The notes beneath the pieces are model-generated. The model was given only the letters and a program-made list of their open reading frames with translations, had not been told where the DNA came from and made no database searches. A stretch of 64,000 bases of DNA from Mobula birostris (taxonomy: Eukaryota). Below are positions 19,971 through 33,208 of the stretch, piece after piece; within the stretch, counting starts at the first letter, position 1; each line of letters begins with the position of its first letter. The stretch covers positions 113,759,731 to 113,823,730 of the forward strand of contig NC_092378.1 of the NCBI RefSeq assembly GCF_030028105.1. Reading direction: 5' to 3'. The position numbers and the translations under genes were made by a program.

Positions 19971-21362
19971 AAAAACATACTTGAACTGTGGTTTCACCAG
20001 CACTGTTTAGAATTGTATAAAAACTTCCCTTTGCAAGATATACTAACACCCCTCTTAACATCCTATTTACTTCAATAACTTCATACCAATCTTTATTTCA
20101 TCCCTTCCCCCCCCTTTCTACTACTGAAAGTTGTAATCTCCCTTGTTTTAACTTTAAGTTTTTAACTTTTCCACCAATGTTGATGACCCAATTTTCCCTA
20201 CACATTTGTTTGCTGCGTTCTCACAATTTGCTAAACCGTCTCAGAATCAGATTTATTATCATTGGAATACATTGTGAAATCTCTTGCTTTGCAGCAGCAG
20301 TGCAATATATTAAAATACTATGAATTACAAAAATATTAAAGTAGTGCAAAAAGGAGAGGTACTGTTCATCAATTCATGGGCTTTTCACAAATGGTAGAGG
20401 GGAAGAAAGTTTCTAAAACAATGAGTGCTTGTTTTCAGGGTGGCATATCCTGGGTGGTGGGGATCCTTAATGATGAATGCCAACTTTGTTTACTTCAGTT
20501 AATTATGGAGTCTAGCCCAATAATTGTTCATTTAACATTTAAAATACCAGTTGTAGAGCCATACCTTTCTCTCCAAAACCAAATTTAAAATCACGCTCAT
20601 TGGTATCTAGAAGGAAGGTGGACAAAGTAATATGCAAGGTGGACAGTAGCTGAAGAAAATTAAGTTTCAACAACTGACTTAGTTTTTATAGAATAAAGAT
20701 AAAAACCTCAAAAGAAAAATGGCATATGGCCATCCAACCTCTGTTTACAATTTAGCAGCTTTCCACCATAGTTAACAGATTGTAATAATTTACTTTGCTG
20801 ATCAGGTTACTCTAAACCAATTTTGAGGTGCAATATACATACACAGTGATATCAAATACAAATTAGGATTTTGTGGAAATATCCTACCCTTGCAAACTTC
20901 ATACAAATAAAATTGAGGATGATGTTCCAAATTCATTTACACTTTGGAAATTGTTAGGCATAGCATTAACTGAATCACAAAAATACCTTTGCAATACCAG
21001 GATAATTGAGAAGGTCAGGTAGTGCTGGATATGTTTAACCAAAACACTGGTAAACTCTTGTGAGTGGAGAAGCTAAAATTTTTCCAAATGAACACTACTG
21101 AAGTGAGAGCTAATTTTCTAATCTATAAAGTGCAAATATTACCTGCATTTTCCGAGGGTCACAAGGACCAAAACATCCAAAGTATTGACAAGCATAGGTT
21201 ACAGATTAGACATTATTTATTATTTAGAAGGTCCATGTATCTTAATCACATTCATGTGAAATTTAGCATTCTGCACAATTTGAACATATTCAGACTATAC
21301 ACGAGTGATGGTTATCACACATTTCATTTAAAAATGACCACAGGCATGTTTGGCAAGGGCTC

Positions 21363-24300
21363 TCATGCTTCACCTTTTGCCTTTTTTCTTTCCTCAATCA
21401 TTCGATGTTTCTGCTTCATTAGACATTTTTTGGAACTAGCATAAGCCCCAAGATCACCATCTAAAAGAAGAGGGGGAAACCATCAGCAAGGGAATGCAAT
21501 TTAAAAAAAAATTCCATCTACTCAACTATTTATATGCATCTCAAGGGGGAAAAAGTGGAAAAGAAACATGGCACATCCAGTTACCTACTGCAAGGAATTC
21601 TTCCAATAAATTACACTCTTCATTTTCAACTTTGAAATCTTTTAGTAAAGTGTATGTATGATTTCAAACTAGAAAAGGCTGCTAGTGTCATACACCATGG
21701 AAACAGACTGTTCAGCCCAACTCATCCATGCCATGCAGAATGTCAATCTAAGCTAGTCCTATTTGCCTGAATTTAGTCTATATATCCCTCTAAATCAGGG
21801 CACCCCAACCAATGTTGTGCCATGGACTCCTACCATTGACTGAGGGGTCCATGGATCCCAGGTTGGGAACCCCTGCTCTAAACCTTTATTTCTAAAATCC
21901 ACGCACCTGTCCAAATCTCTAAATAGCTCTAATCAAACTTGCGTCTACAGCTTCTTCTGGTAGCTCATTCCATACACCCACCACACAATGTGCACAAAAA
22001 GTTGCCCTTCACGTCCATTATAAATGTTTTCCTTCTCACTTATAGTTTTAGATGCCCCTGCAGTGCCTCTCAGATTTTACTTATCTCTAAGGTACTTATC
22101 TCTCTGACTTTAACGCTCCAAGGAAACATGTCTAGCCACTGCAATCCTGTGCTCAACATAATGACCAATAAAGGCCTTTTTCACTTCCATTCCAGTCCTT
22201 ATGAGAAGGGTCTTGGCCAGAAACATTGACAGTTTAATTATTTTCATAGATGACCCTGACCTATTGAGTTCCTCCAGCATTTTGTGCGTGTGTGTTTGCC
22301 TTCTTCACTAATCTGTCTACTTGTGGCACCACTTTCAGGAAACTATGTACCTATACCCCAGGTCTACCTATTCTACAACACTCCCTAGGGGACTAGCATT
22401 TACTGTGCAAGTCCTGCTCTAGTGGGACTTCCCAAAATGCAACATCTCAACTTGTCTAATTTAAACTCCATCTGTTATTCCTTATGCTGTTTCTCTAGTT
22501 CATTTAAATCCTTTTGTAATATTGAAACCTTCTGTACTGTCCACTATACCACTGCAAACTAGTTATAATGCATTATGTGAGCAAGTTCGTATATATTTCA
22601 GCAGGGTATACAACTTGGATGCTCAAAAAGACTTTGCTACACAAGATTCAATACTATTTTATACAACTGATCTAATACTCTAAGATCCAGTAAAAGATCA
22701 GATGTTTAATTGGAGCTTTCTCAAAAATATTGATACAGATCCATAAAAGGACATTAAGATAAATGACCTAAAGCTAATGGAAAGATTTTGTGTTGCAAGC
22801 CAATATCCAGGTGCAATGATCATCAGCTAGGATAGCAAATACTACACTAGCTTTTAAGAGAATTTGAGAAGGGGAATGAACATACTGTAATTGTACAGGC
22901 CAATGGTGACACCACACCAGGAGTATGCAATTGAAATTATGGTCATCAACATAGGAAGGATTTAAAAAAAAAATCAGGAGTAAGCACGAGGTCAGAATTA
23001 GCAAAGCCAAATCTCAAACAATTACTTTACAGAGATGTTCGATGTATCAGGTGACAAGGACTAAACTAACTGAGACAAAGGAGGCTCGAAAAATGTGAAG
23101 CGAGGTCATGTACAGACAAGGGCAACATTTAAAAAGATGAAAATACTACAAAGCAGGTTGAGCAGCATCAGTGAGAAAGTGAGAAATTATCTTCAAATAA
23201 GGATGTCAGAGTTAGAGGAAGAAATAAGTAACTTGGTCCTTCAAATTTCTGTACCTCCATCGACATAATGACCAATCTTCTACCTCAATACCACTCTCCT
23301 GCACTATCGCTATACTCGTTGACTCTCACAATATTCAGAAATCTATAAACACAATGATAAAAGTCTCTGCCACCCGCCCCCCCCAACCACCACAGGGAAT
23401 TCCACAGATTCATTCATTATCCTCTGGTTGAAGACATTTCTCATCTCCATTTTAACTGCTTAAACTGGCCTGAAACCATGACCCAATTGTAAACTCCTCA
23501 TACCAAGAGAAACATCCTCTCTGTATCTGCCATGCCAAACCCGGTCTGATTTTTGTAAGCTTCAATAAGCTCTTCTCCCAGTCTAAATTAAGAGAACACT
23601 GGCTCTCTACACACTGACTCCTCATACAGCAAACCCTTTAGATGCTAAACTGGTTCCCAGACTCTCTGCTGTAATCACTCTAAAGCAGATATATCTTTTT
23701 TTAATGTAAAGAGACCAAATCTATACACAGTACTTTCTCACCAATGGCCTATATAATTATAGAATTCTTTTTATTCCTATTCAAAATCTCTTGCAATAAA
23801 AGTTAACATACCATTGGCCCTCTTAACTAATTGTTACACCTGTATGTTAGCTTTCAATTACTTAGAAGAACATCTCTTTGAAAATGAACAATTCGTAGCA
23901 TATTGCGATTTAAAAATATTATGCTTTGTTCTCTGCACCAAAAGGGAATCTTCATATTTTTCCACATTATGTTCTATCTGCCATGTTCTCACTCAATTAG
24001 CTCATCTTCCTCCTCCTTAAGCTTTTGAACATTCTCATTATTAACAATACCGCCAAATTTGTTACCATCAGGAAATTGGGCACATGACACATGACTCTCT
24101 CTTGCAGATCACTGTTACAAGCACTAATTCTGCTGTAACTCAATTACTTGCCATTCTGGAAAAACCTGTTTATTCCCAATTTTTGCTTCTGTCAAGTAAC
24201 CAGTTTATAAACCATGCCCCAATTCAATACATTAACCAGACTAAGTGGTACTCTATCAAAAGTCTTTTGAAAATATGAATACATTCTCAGCTTTGAATCA

Positions 24301-27300
24301 ATTTATTCTACCAGAAATATTCTCAAATTACTTCCAAGATTAGTTGAAGACATTTCATCATATTTATATATGCAAAGAGAATTCTTACACCAAGAATTAT
24401 TACACAAAGGCATTGGTCAGACCGAAATTGATAAGCAATTTTGGGTTCCTTACCCAAAGAATGATGTGTTGGCATTGGAGAGGGTTCAGAGGAGGATCAC
24501 GAGGAAGATCCCAGGAATGAAATGGTTATTGTATGAGGAGTGTTTTATGGCTGAGCCTGAGCTCACTGCAGTTTAGAAGAATGGGGGTGGGGTGGGGAGA
24601 GACCTCATTGAAACCAAATATTTAAAGGCCTAGTTAGAGGGGACATGGAGAGGATGTTTCCCATAGTGGGGAAGTCTACAACCAGAGGGCACAGCCTCAG
24701 AATAGAAAAACATCCTTTTAGAACTAATATGAGGAGGAATTTCTTTAGCCAGAGGGTAGTGAATCTGTGGAATTCATTGCCGCAGACAGCTGTGGAGGTC
24801 AAGTGATCGGGTATATTTAAGGTGGAGGTTGATAGGTTCATTAGTAAGGGTGTCAAAGATTACAGGGAGAAGCAGGAGAATGGGGTTGAGAGGAATAATA
24901 AATCAGCCATGATGGAACAGAAGAAGACACTTAATGGGACAAATGCCTTAATTCTGCTGCTATGTCTTATAATTTTATTGCCAGATCAGAGCAGAAGTTC
25001 AGATGAAGTGTGACAAACCTGAAACATCGCCTTTTCCTCTCTCCACAGATACTGCCTGGCTTGTTGAGTTTTCCCAGTATTTTCTATTCTTAATTAATTT
25101 TTAAAAATATTTTCAGAGACAATCTTGACAATCTAACAGCTGAACAGAACTGTGTGGGTTAGGATTTGGACATTAGGCTTCAATGAGCAAGTTTATGAAC
25201 ATTGACTGTAATACGGGAGGACAGCCAATGAGGCAAGTGAATAATGTGTGTCTTGAGGATGTTCTGTACCTCATGCTACATGCCCCTGATGTCACTGCAA
25301 GTAGGATTTTCATTGCATCTGTGCATAAATATTATGTACCCAACAAACTTTACTTTGGAAGAAAGGGCTGATGGAAATGGAAATTTCAGGAAACGAGCTG
25401 AGCCAAAATTGAAAATGGAATTTTCATTCAAATAACTACGCCGTAAGAGTTACTTACATCTTGACTCGTAGCCTTTAGCTGCTTCCTTGAACTGGTCCAG
25501 TTCTTTGGCGCAGTTCTGTACGTAGCTGTTACCTTCCCGTTGCTGGCAGGCCCTCAGACGCTCCTGGAGAATTTTAATAATTTCTTGATCGACTTTGCTG
25601 AAGTAAAAGGTGCAGGTTTATTTAAAACAAAGAAAAGTTTTACTTGATTTTAGAAGATTTACTGGTTTGGTATGATCTATGTGGTTTAGCCATCACTCAA
25701 TATTCGATTTCCAACAACTCTATCCATGGCTTAACCCTAGACTTCATTACTTGTTTGCTTTGACTTTCAATGAACTAAGTACATTAAATATACAACAAAA
25801 ATCACACATAACCCTGCCTACAAAAGACAGCAATGAAGAAGAACTGAAACTAGCAACAGGCCTGACCTTTATAAGGTGTGATAGATTTCCCCCTTTGTCT
25901 GAGAACATGTATATTCTCTAAAACCCCAATCCTCTAGCTGAATAGATGCTGCTCAGGGAGAGTACAGATTAGGTCCAAAATAATGAGGGCTGAGAAAAGG
26001 GCTAAAAAAAAGAAACCCAAACTGTTGAAGTTTAATACAAATTTAATATGCTTTTTATGCTTTTCGACTCTCCTTTTTCTACATTAAACAAACAGTCTTG
26101 CTCATTTTTAGGATTTGTGTAACTGTATCCTGGTTTAGTTTACTGCTTTGCTCCAGTCAGTACCTTAACCAAGTCAAGAAAGACAGAAGGTACAAGTTAT
26201 TGAAAAAAGTGAAAGGGAGACAAAACCAAGGGAGAAATGCACAGGAGAATCAGATCTCATGTAAACTATTGGAAAAAAAAGTCACTAATATTCCTTTTGA
26301 AGTGGCTTTCTTGAAAATTACTGGCACTACATTACAGAGATTATGAGTATCTACCTAGATAAAATGCTTGTAATTTTGCTAGTGTACAGTTTTCTCTCCT
26401 TCCTGCTGGGCTTCAAAAGATTGGCTACCCCATGCCAGAAGAATGAAGGAAATAGCTCAGGGAAACACTTTCTAGTTCCTGATGTACTTTGGTATGTGAG
26501 TAGGAAACCAACCTGAATAACTTAACTGAAATCATTGTCTGTCTCCATTCCATAAGAACAACCATGTTTGTCTCACCAGCAAAACAGTACTTTCAAAATT
26601 AAAAATAAGAAGTAGGTACATACTAATCCCTTCTCCACTGCATCTCTGCCTCATAATAGCACAGGTAATCACCCAGTTGACAGTCAGTCAAATCTGGCAC
26701 TCGTCTGAAATTCTGATGGTAGTAGTAAAATTTATTCTTTTGTTGTTGCCGTTCCACCCATTCTGCAAAAATAAAAACACTACATTCAGTTTGTAAGCAA
26801 GTCCATATTCAAAATTTCTCAAGGAAACTTTTTTCTTAACCAATGGATTTGCAGTTGATTTTGGTATTTACCAGAATACATGGGGATGAAACAGTTAGCA
26901 GTTTAGGTGACTGTTTCCATGTGAATCTTTGGTTGAGCTTCAACCATTACTATGAAGTGTTAGACAACTGTACACGAGTCAAGTTTGGTTTCACAATCTC
27001 GAAGCAGTACTGCCCATGTTGAAAAGGAAGATATAACATGGATGCAAAAATGTTCAACCTACAACTACACAACTCTTCCATTAATAATGGAAGTACAGCA
27101 ACAGCCTCTTTTGTAGAAAGGATTTCAAATGCTGGAACATCTGATACAAACAAGGAATATATTTGATTCAAGCCAGGTGAGATTATAGTTGTTCAGTCCA
27201 TAATCAAAGTGGGATGGACAATCATACTTCCTAAGCACACAGTTGAGAGAAATGGCATAAGGAATTACAGGAGCAAGTGATATGGCTCCTGAGACTACTT

Positions 27301-30300
27301 TATCAATCAATTCAATCACAGATAAATCTTCTACCTCATTCAATATTTAAATCAAATAGTCAAAACCACCAATTAAAGAAGTTTAAAAACTCAAACACGA
27401 GAAAATCTGTAGATGCTGGAATTTCAAGCAACACACAAAGTTGCTGGTGAACGCAGCAGGCCAGGCAGCATCTCTAGGAAGAGGAGCAGTAGACGTTTCA
27501 GGCCGAGACCCCTCGTCAGGACTAACTGAAGGAAGAGTGAGTAAGGGATTTGAAAGTTGGAGGGGGAGGGGGAGATCCAAAATGATAGGAGAAGACAGGA
27601 GGGGGTGGGATGGAGCCAAGAGCTGGACAGGTGATAGGCAAAAGGGGATACGAGAGGATCATGGGACAGGAGGTCCGGGAAGAAAGACGGGGGGGGGGGG
27701 GGAACCCAGAGGATGGGCAAGGGGTATAGTGAGAGGGAGAAAAAGGGGAGAGGGGGAGGGGGATAGAGAGAATGTGTGTATAAAAATAAATAACGGATGG
27801 GGTACGAGGGGGAGGTGGGGCATTAGCGGAAGTTTGAGAAGTCGATGTTCATGCCATCAGGTTGGAGGCTACCCAGACGGAATATAAGGTGTTGTTCCTC
27901 CAACCTGAGTGTGGCTTCATCTTTACAGTAGAGGAGGCCGTGGATAAACACATCAGAATGGGAATGGGACGTGGAATTAAAATGTGTGGCCACTGGGAAA
28001 TCCTGCTTTCCCTGGCGGACAGAGCGTAGGTGTTCTACTGCCCCACCGAACTAATTTCTGCATACCTCGACACAGTTTTATCCCCCTTTGTTCAATCCCT
28101 TCCTACCTATGTTCGTGACACTTCTCACGCTGAAACTTTTTGATGATTTTAAGTTCCCTGGCCCCCACCGTTTTATTTTCACCATGGATGTCCAGTCCCT
28201 ATATACTTCCACCCCCCATCAGGAAGGTCTCAAAGCTCTACGCTTCTTTTTGGATTCCAGACCTAATCAGTTCCCCTCTACTACCACTCTGCTCCGTCTA
28301 GCGGAATTAGTCCTTACTCTTAATCATTTCTCCTTTGGCTCCTCCCACTTCCTCCAAACTAAAGGTGTAACTATGGGCACCTGTATGGGTCCTAGCTATG
28401 CCTGCCTTTTTGTTGGCTTTGTGGAACAATCCATGTTCCAAACCTATTCTGGTATCTGTCCCCCACTTTTCCTTCTCTACATCGACGACTGCATTGGCGC
28501 TGCTTCCTGCACACATGCTAAGCTCGTTGACTTCATTAATTTTGCCTCCAACTTTCACCCTGCCCTCAAGTTTACTTGGTCCATTTCCGACACCTCCCTC
28601 CCTTTTCTAGATCTTTCTGTCTCTGTCTCTGGAGACAGTTTATCTACTGATGTCTACTATAAGCCTACTGACTCTCACAGCTATCTGGACTATTCCTCTT
28701 CTCACCCTGTCTCTTGCAAAAATGCCATCCCCTTCTCGTAATTCCTCCGTCTCTGTCGCATCTGCTCTCAGGATGAGGCTTTTCATTCCAGGACAAGGGA
28801 GATATCCTCCTTTTTTAAAAGAAAGCGGCTTCCCTTCCTCCACCATCAACTCTGCTCTCAAACGCATCTCCCCCATTTCATGCACATCTGCTCTCACTCC
28901 ATCCTCCCGCTACCCCACTAGAAATAGGGTTCCCCTTGTCTTCACCTACCACCCCACCAGCCTCCAGGTCCAACATATAATTCTTCGTAACTTCCACCAC
29001 CTCCAACGGGATCCCAACACTAAGCATATCTTTTCCTCCCCCACCCTCTCTGCTTTCCACAGGGATTGCTCCCTACGCGACTCCCTTGTCCATTCGTCCC
29101 CCCCCATCCCTCCCCACCGATCTCTCTCCTGGCACTTATCCTTGTAAGCAGAACAAGAACAACACATGCCCTTACATTTCCTCCCTTACCACCATTCAGG
29201 GACCCAGACAGTCCTTCCAGGTGAGGCAACACTTCACCTGTGAGTTGGCTGGGGTGATATACTGCATCCGGTGCTCCCAATGTGGCCTTCTACATATTGG
29301 CGAGACCCGATGCAGACTGGGAGATCATTTCGCTGAACACCTACGCTCTGTCCGCCAGAGAAAGCAGGATCTCCCAGTGGCCACACATTTTAACTCCACC
29401 TCCCATTCTGATATGTCTATCCACGGCCTCCTCTACTGTAAAGCTGAAGCCACACTCAGGTTGGAGGAACAACACCTTATATTCCGTCTGGGTAGCCTCC
29501 AACCTGATGGCATGAACATTGACTTCTCAAATTTCCGCTAATGCCCCACCTCCCCCTCGTACCCCACCCATTATTTCTTTATATACACACATTCTTTTTC
29601 TCTCTCCTTCTTCTCCCTCTGTCCCTCTATACCCCTTGCCCATCCTCTGGGCTTTCCTCCCCCCCCCCCCTTTTTCTCCCTAGGCCTCCTGTCCCATGAT
29701 CCTCTCATATCCCTTTTGCCAATCAACTGTCCAGCTCTTGGCTCCATCCCTCCCGCTCCTGTCTTCTCCTATCATTTTGGATCTCCCCTTCCCCCTCCCA
29801 CTTTCAAATCTCTTACTAGCTCTTTTTTCAGTGAGTCCTGACAAAGAGTCTCAGCCCAAAATGTCGACTGTACCTCCAATTAAATAAGTTTGTTTTCTCA
29901 GTTCTAAGTGGCTTCCTATTGTGCTCAAAGGACATCTGAAATGCAGTGAAATAATTCAATAGATCAAAAGACTACCTATTTTATGGATTATAGACAAACT
30001 TGCAGTCTCCCTGCATGCAGCAAAACTTAGACAAAAGTTGTAGGCATGGATTGAAAAGTAGCAAAAACCCAGAACTGCCAGGCCGTAACTATTTCCAACA
30101 AGATAAAGTGACACTGCGGTAAAAAGGTCACTTATGATCTTCTTAAATGGCACAGCAGGGACAGGGAGATGAAAAGTCCTCTCCTACATCTATATTCTGA
30201 TATTCACATAACCTTTACAATCTAAGGGATTACTACTTTTAACTCCACTATTAGCAACATCATGGAGGTCACTGTTGCCCAGAAGCTCCACTGGGCCAGT

Positions 30301-32416
30301 TCCATAATACTGTAACTACAATAGCAAGTTAAAACTTCAGTTGGAACTTGCTTACATCATCTCCTCAACCACTTCAGCTTTTTCACCATCTTCAATGCAT
30401 ATGTCAGAAGCCTAATGGGATGCTCTTCATGTGCCTGGATGAATACAGTTCAAAAATTTCAAGATGCCCCATATTATCAGGGCCACTACCATGATTGTGC
30501 GTTTCCCCCCTCCAACACTATACTGACTTCATTGTGAACCAATTTCAAAATGCCCTGCAGTCACTCACCACGACACTTCCAATTGTCTCCCAATCCGGCC
30601 CATACTACAAAGAGCAGCATCCCACCTTAATTTGCACACCATTCCTCCCAGACTTGGAATTATTGTCAATAGGTCTAATTGCTGAAATCACTACACAACT
30701 ACTTGCATTAGGGTTAGCATAAGCCTAGCCTAGCCCTACCATCTGCAAGTGGTTTGAGAAGATAACTCATCACCACCTTTTCACAGGTAATTAGCATCAG
30801 GCAATAGCAACATTCCAAAGAAACAATCTTAAAAAACACAGTTAACACATTTTTCTACTGTGGAGATAGCAAATACTGATATTAAATAAATTACAGTGCA
30901 TTGTTTCAAAGGCTTTTTCTATCTGAGTATAATTATGAGTTTTGTGAGTGGTTACATCTTTTGTCTTCCTATCTCAAAGGGTCTATTATTAAGCTTTTTT
31001 TTGTTAATGACTATAGTGAACAGTAGGCAATAACTGGACATCATGTTGTTGTACAAACTTTACAATTATAGTAGTATTTCTTCACTTGCCTAATTTTTAA
31101 ATCTCCCTTACCATAGGCCTGACAGGTGATTCGGTGAACAAGTTTCCACTAAGTTCATCAATTTTACTCTAAAATAAGTAAGTAGAAACAGAGTGATCCA
31201 GAATGTGGCACCCTCTTTCAGGCAATCTCATCAAATTACAAATGCTATTCAACAAGTCTATTGAATTAACTAATATACCATCATTATCTGGCCATAGTGA
31301 ACTTAACCATAGTTTTGTATCCTTGAACTAAGTACTGCAAGAAGATGGAACCAAAGGAATGTTTCATCCACAGCTTGGAGAGAAGGTCCATTTCTTCCCA
31401 GCAAGTACAACAGTAGAACAGGCAGTTCTGTCTTGGATCTAAATATGAACACCCTACTGCACATGTGCCTCTTCAGTGTTGTACAGCTAAAACTCATCAT
31501 AAATGACATTTGAGTTTTCTCATCGTAGTTGAGGAAAACTGCACAGTTTGTACAAACCCATCAGACATGGGGGGGGGGTGTGGAAATGAGACATACAAAA
31601 AAAAACAATTGACACATACAAAATGCTGGAAGAACAAAGCAGATCAGCATATATGGTGGAAAATGAAGAGTGGATGTTTCCTCAACACTGGTTTAAAAAA
31701 AGAGGGCAGAAGTCATAATAAAAAGGTGGGTGAGGAGCACAAACTGACAAGTGAATAAAAAGCACAATGCAGTCCACACCCAGAAAGCCCAAGTCTCAAA
31801 CCTGAAAGGAAGCAAATGTTGACTTTTTAAAAATGTAACATTCTTCTGATTCTCACAGGACAAGATGGGTTTATGTCAATTTTTTGAAATTCACAGTAGG
31901 AAATGAAATCTCCAGCATCTGTTGCACAGGGTATTTACAATGTGACAAGAAATACAGATTAACCCTCTTTTATATATGCACATTATAAATTAAATTGCTA
32001 GAATTCTAATGAACCGTAAAACTGAAAAGTTAACTGTTTTTTCTTCCTCTCTCCCAGATGCTGTTTGACCTGATGAGTCTTTCTAACGTTTTCTGCTTGA
32101 ACAGACACCCAGCATCTGCTTTGGAACTAAAACTGAAGGTGCGTGTGCTTTAGGTGCTAACACTCGCTGTGACTGCAAGCACTTGCCATTGCAAACACTT
32201 CTGCTCAGTGAAGGGCATCCCTGGCCCAGGACAGAAGTCGGCCTCATCCACATTCAACCCTCACTCACCCCTGAAGGTTGTAACCGGTAAATCCACCGCA
32301 TAGTAAAAAAGCTTGCTAGCAATAAATGCAGGATTGGGCAGGGCGGTCTGCTTGTCCACTACCGGAGTCCGACTGGCAGGCTGTTTGTAAACGTCCTTGT
32401 CCCCATCTTCCGGCAT
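21363..32416 (-). CDS. NDUFB10: NADH:ubiquinone oxidoreductase subunit B10 (PDSW), 174 aa
   Basis: Exons 32416-32269, 26762-26624, 25597-25458 and 21460-21363, all GT-AG: [119 protein letters not shown] at 21221-21216. Confidence 0.97.
21796..21875. mobile_element. 80-bp hAT (Charlie/MER5-like) MITE inserted in a minus-strand CR1 remnant (about 21685-22560)
   Basis: TIRs cagggcaccccaacc / ggttgggaacccctg; 8-bp TSD ctctaaat / ctctaaac. Confidence 0.8.
24411..24970 (+). mobile_element. CR1 LINE 3' fragment
   Basis: [26 protein letters not shown] remnant and a 3' end similar to 12925-13445. Confidence 0.82.
27385..29877 (+). mobile_element. Penelope-like element (RT + GIY-YIG) with inverted terminal segment
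   Basis: PLE RT motifs ([23 protein letters not shown]) at 28088-28741 and GIY-YIG (VIYCIRC..HIGET..EH) at 29086-29541. 27385-28034 is an inverted copy of the 3' end. 14-bp TSD aattaaa(g/t)aagttt (27371-27384, 29878-29891). Contains stops and frameshifts. Confidence 0.92.
27488..27523 (-). ncRNA. Minimal type-I hammerhead ribozyme motif in the PLE terminus
   Basis: Minus strand reads AGUC-CUGACGA-GGG-GUCUCGG-CCU-GAAAC-GUC-UACU. Core CUGANGA/GAAA/UH is intact, with stem II and a palindromic ACGU stem III. There is one stem-I mismatch versus sibling copies, which have GACU. Confidence 0.75.
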
Positions 32417-32533
32417 TGCTGCTACAGTACCTTGGTAAATGAACCAGGACCAGACCGCGCAGGCGCACTTACACCGGCGTATGGAGCGCCCCTCGTGCGA
32501 AAGGACGCACTACGTATTGCTATTCACGCCACG

Positions 32534-32684
32534 GAGACACACACAACATGGCGCCACTTGTACACAGAGACACACACAACATGGCGCCACTTGTACACAG
32601 AGACACACACAACATGGCGTCACTTGTAAATAAAGACACACACAACATGGCACAACTCGTGCACAAAGACACACAGAGCATGGA
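32534..32684. repeat. 33-bp tandem repeat (about 4.5 copies) upstream of NDUFB10
   Basis: Unit gagacacacacaacatggcgccacttgtacaca. CAACATGGC recurs at 32544, 32577, 32610 and 32643. Confidence 0.9.
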
Positions 32685-32949
32685 GGCAAAGCCAACTTTT
32701 TTCTGAGCATATTCCACGTAATGATATGTTACGCCCTTTTAACGGATTTTACGTATCTTTCTCCACAGATGTAGGCTGAATTGTTGAGTGTTTCAACAAT
32801 TTATATCTTCATTACATCTCTATTAAATATAACTCGATTCCTTCTGCTTTAATACACAGGCCAACACTAAAGCCATACATCAGATTTCCTGAAATAATTA
32901 TCGCCCCATATAATAAACTATTTAAAAAAAATAAAAATCTTAATCTGAC

Positions 32950-33048
32950 AACACACATCAAAGTTGCTGCCTGGCCTGCTGCGTTCACCAGCAACTTTGA
33001 TGTGTGTTGCTTGAATTTCCAGCATCTGCAGAATTCCTCGTGTTTACT
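32950..33048 (+). mobile_element. 99-bp Penelope-derived fold-back insertion
   Basis: Inverted arms aacacacatcaaagttgctg / cagcaactttgatgtgtgtt. 13-bp TSD atcttaatctgac (32937-32949, 33049-33061). Same 3' tail as 19755-19970. Confidence 0.85.
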
Positions 33049-33208
33049 ATCTTAATCTGACGTTGTTTTCTATTGATTACATTAAATCAAATTGGAACCA
33101 CTCTCTGAAATGTCACCTGAAATACATTAGTTAGCCTGGTCTCACTGGCATTTTCCCAGTTTAGTTGTAGACCTGAAGCTCTGCATTCCGAAACAAAGAA
33201 AGAATCAC

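Noticed and set aside
28088-29541. Active or domesticated RT/GIY-YIG gene
   Set aside because: 5'-truncated, with an in-frame stop at 28739-28741 and frameshifts.
32534-32684. Resemblance to a CRISPR array or a repeat-protein ORF
   Set aside because: The units are head-to-tail with no unique spacers, the context is eukaryotic, and the ORFs arise only because the period is a multiple of 3.
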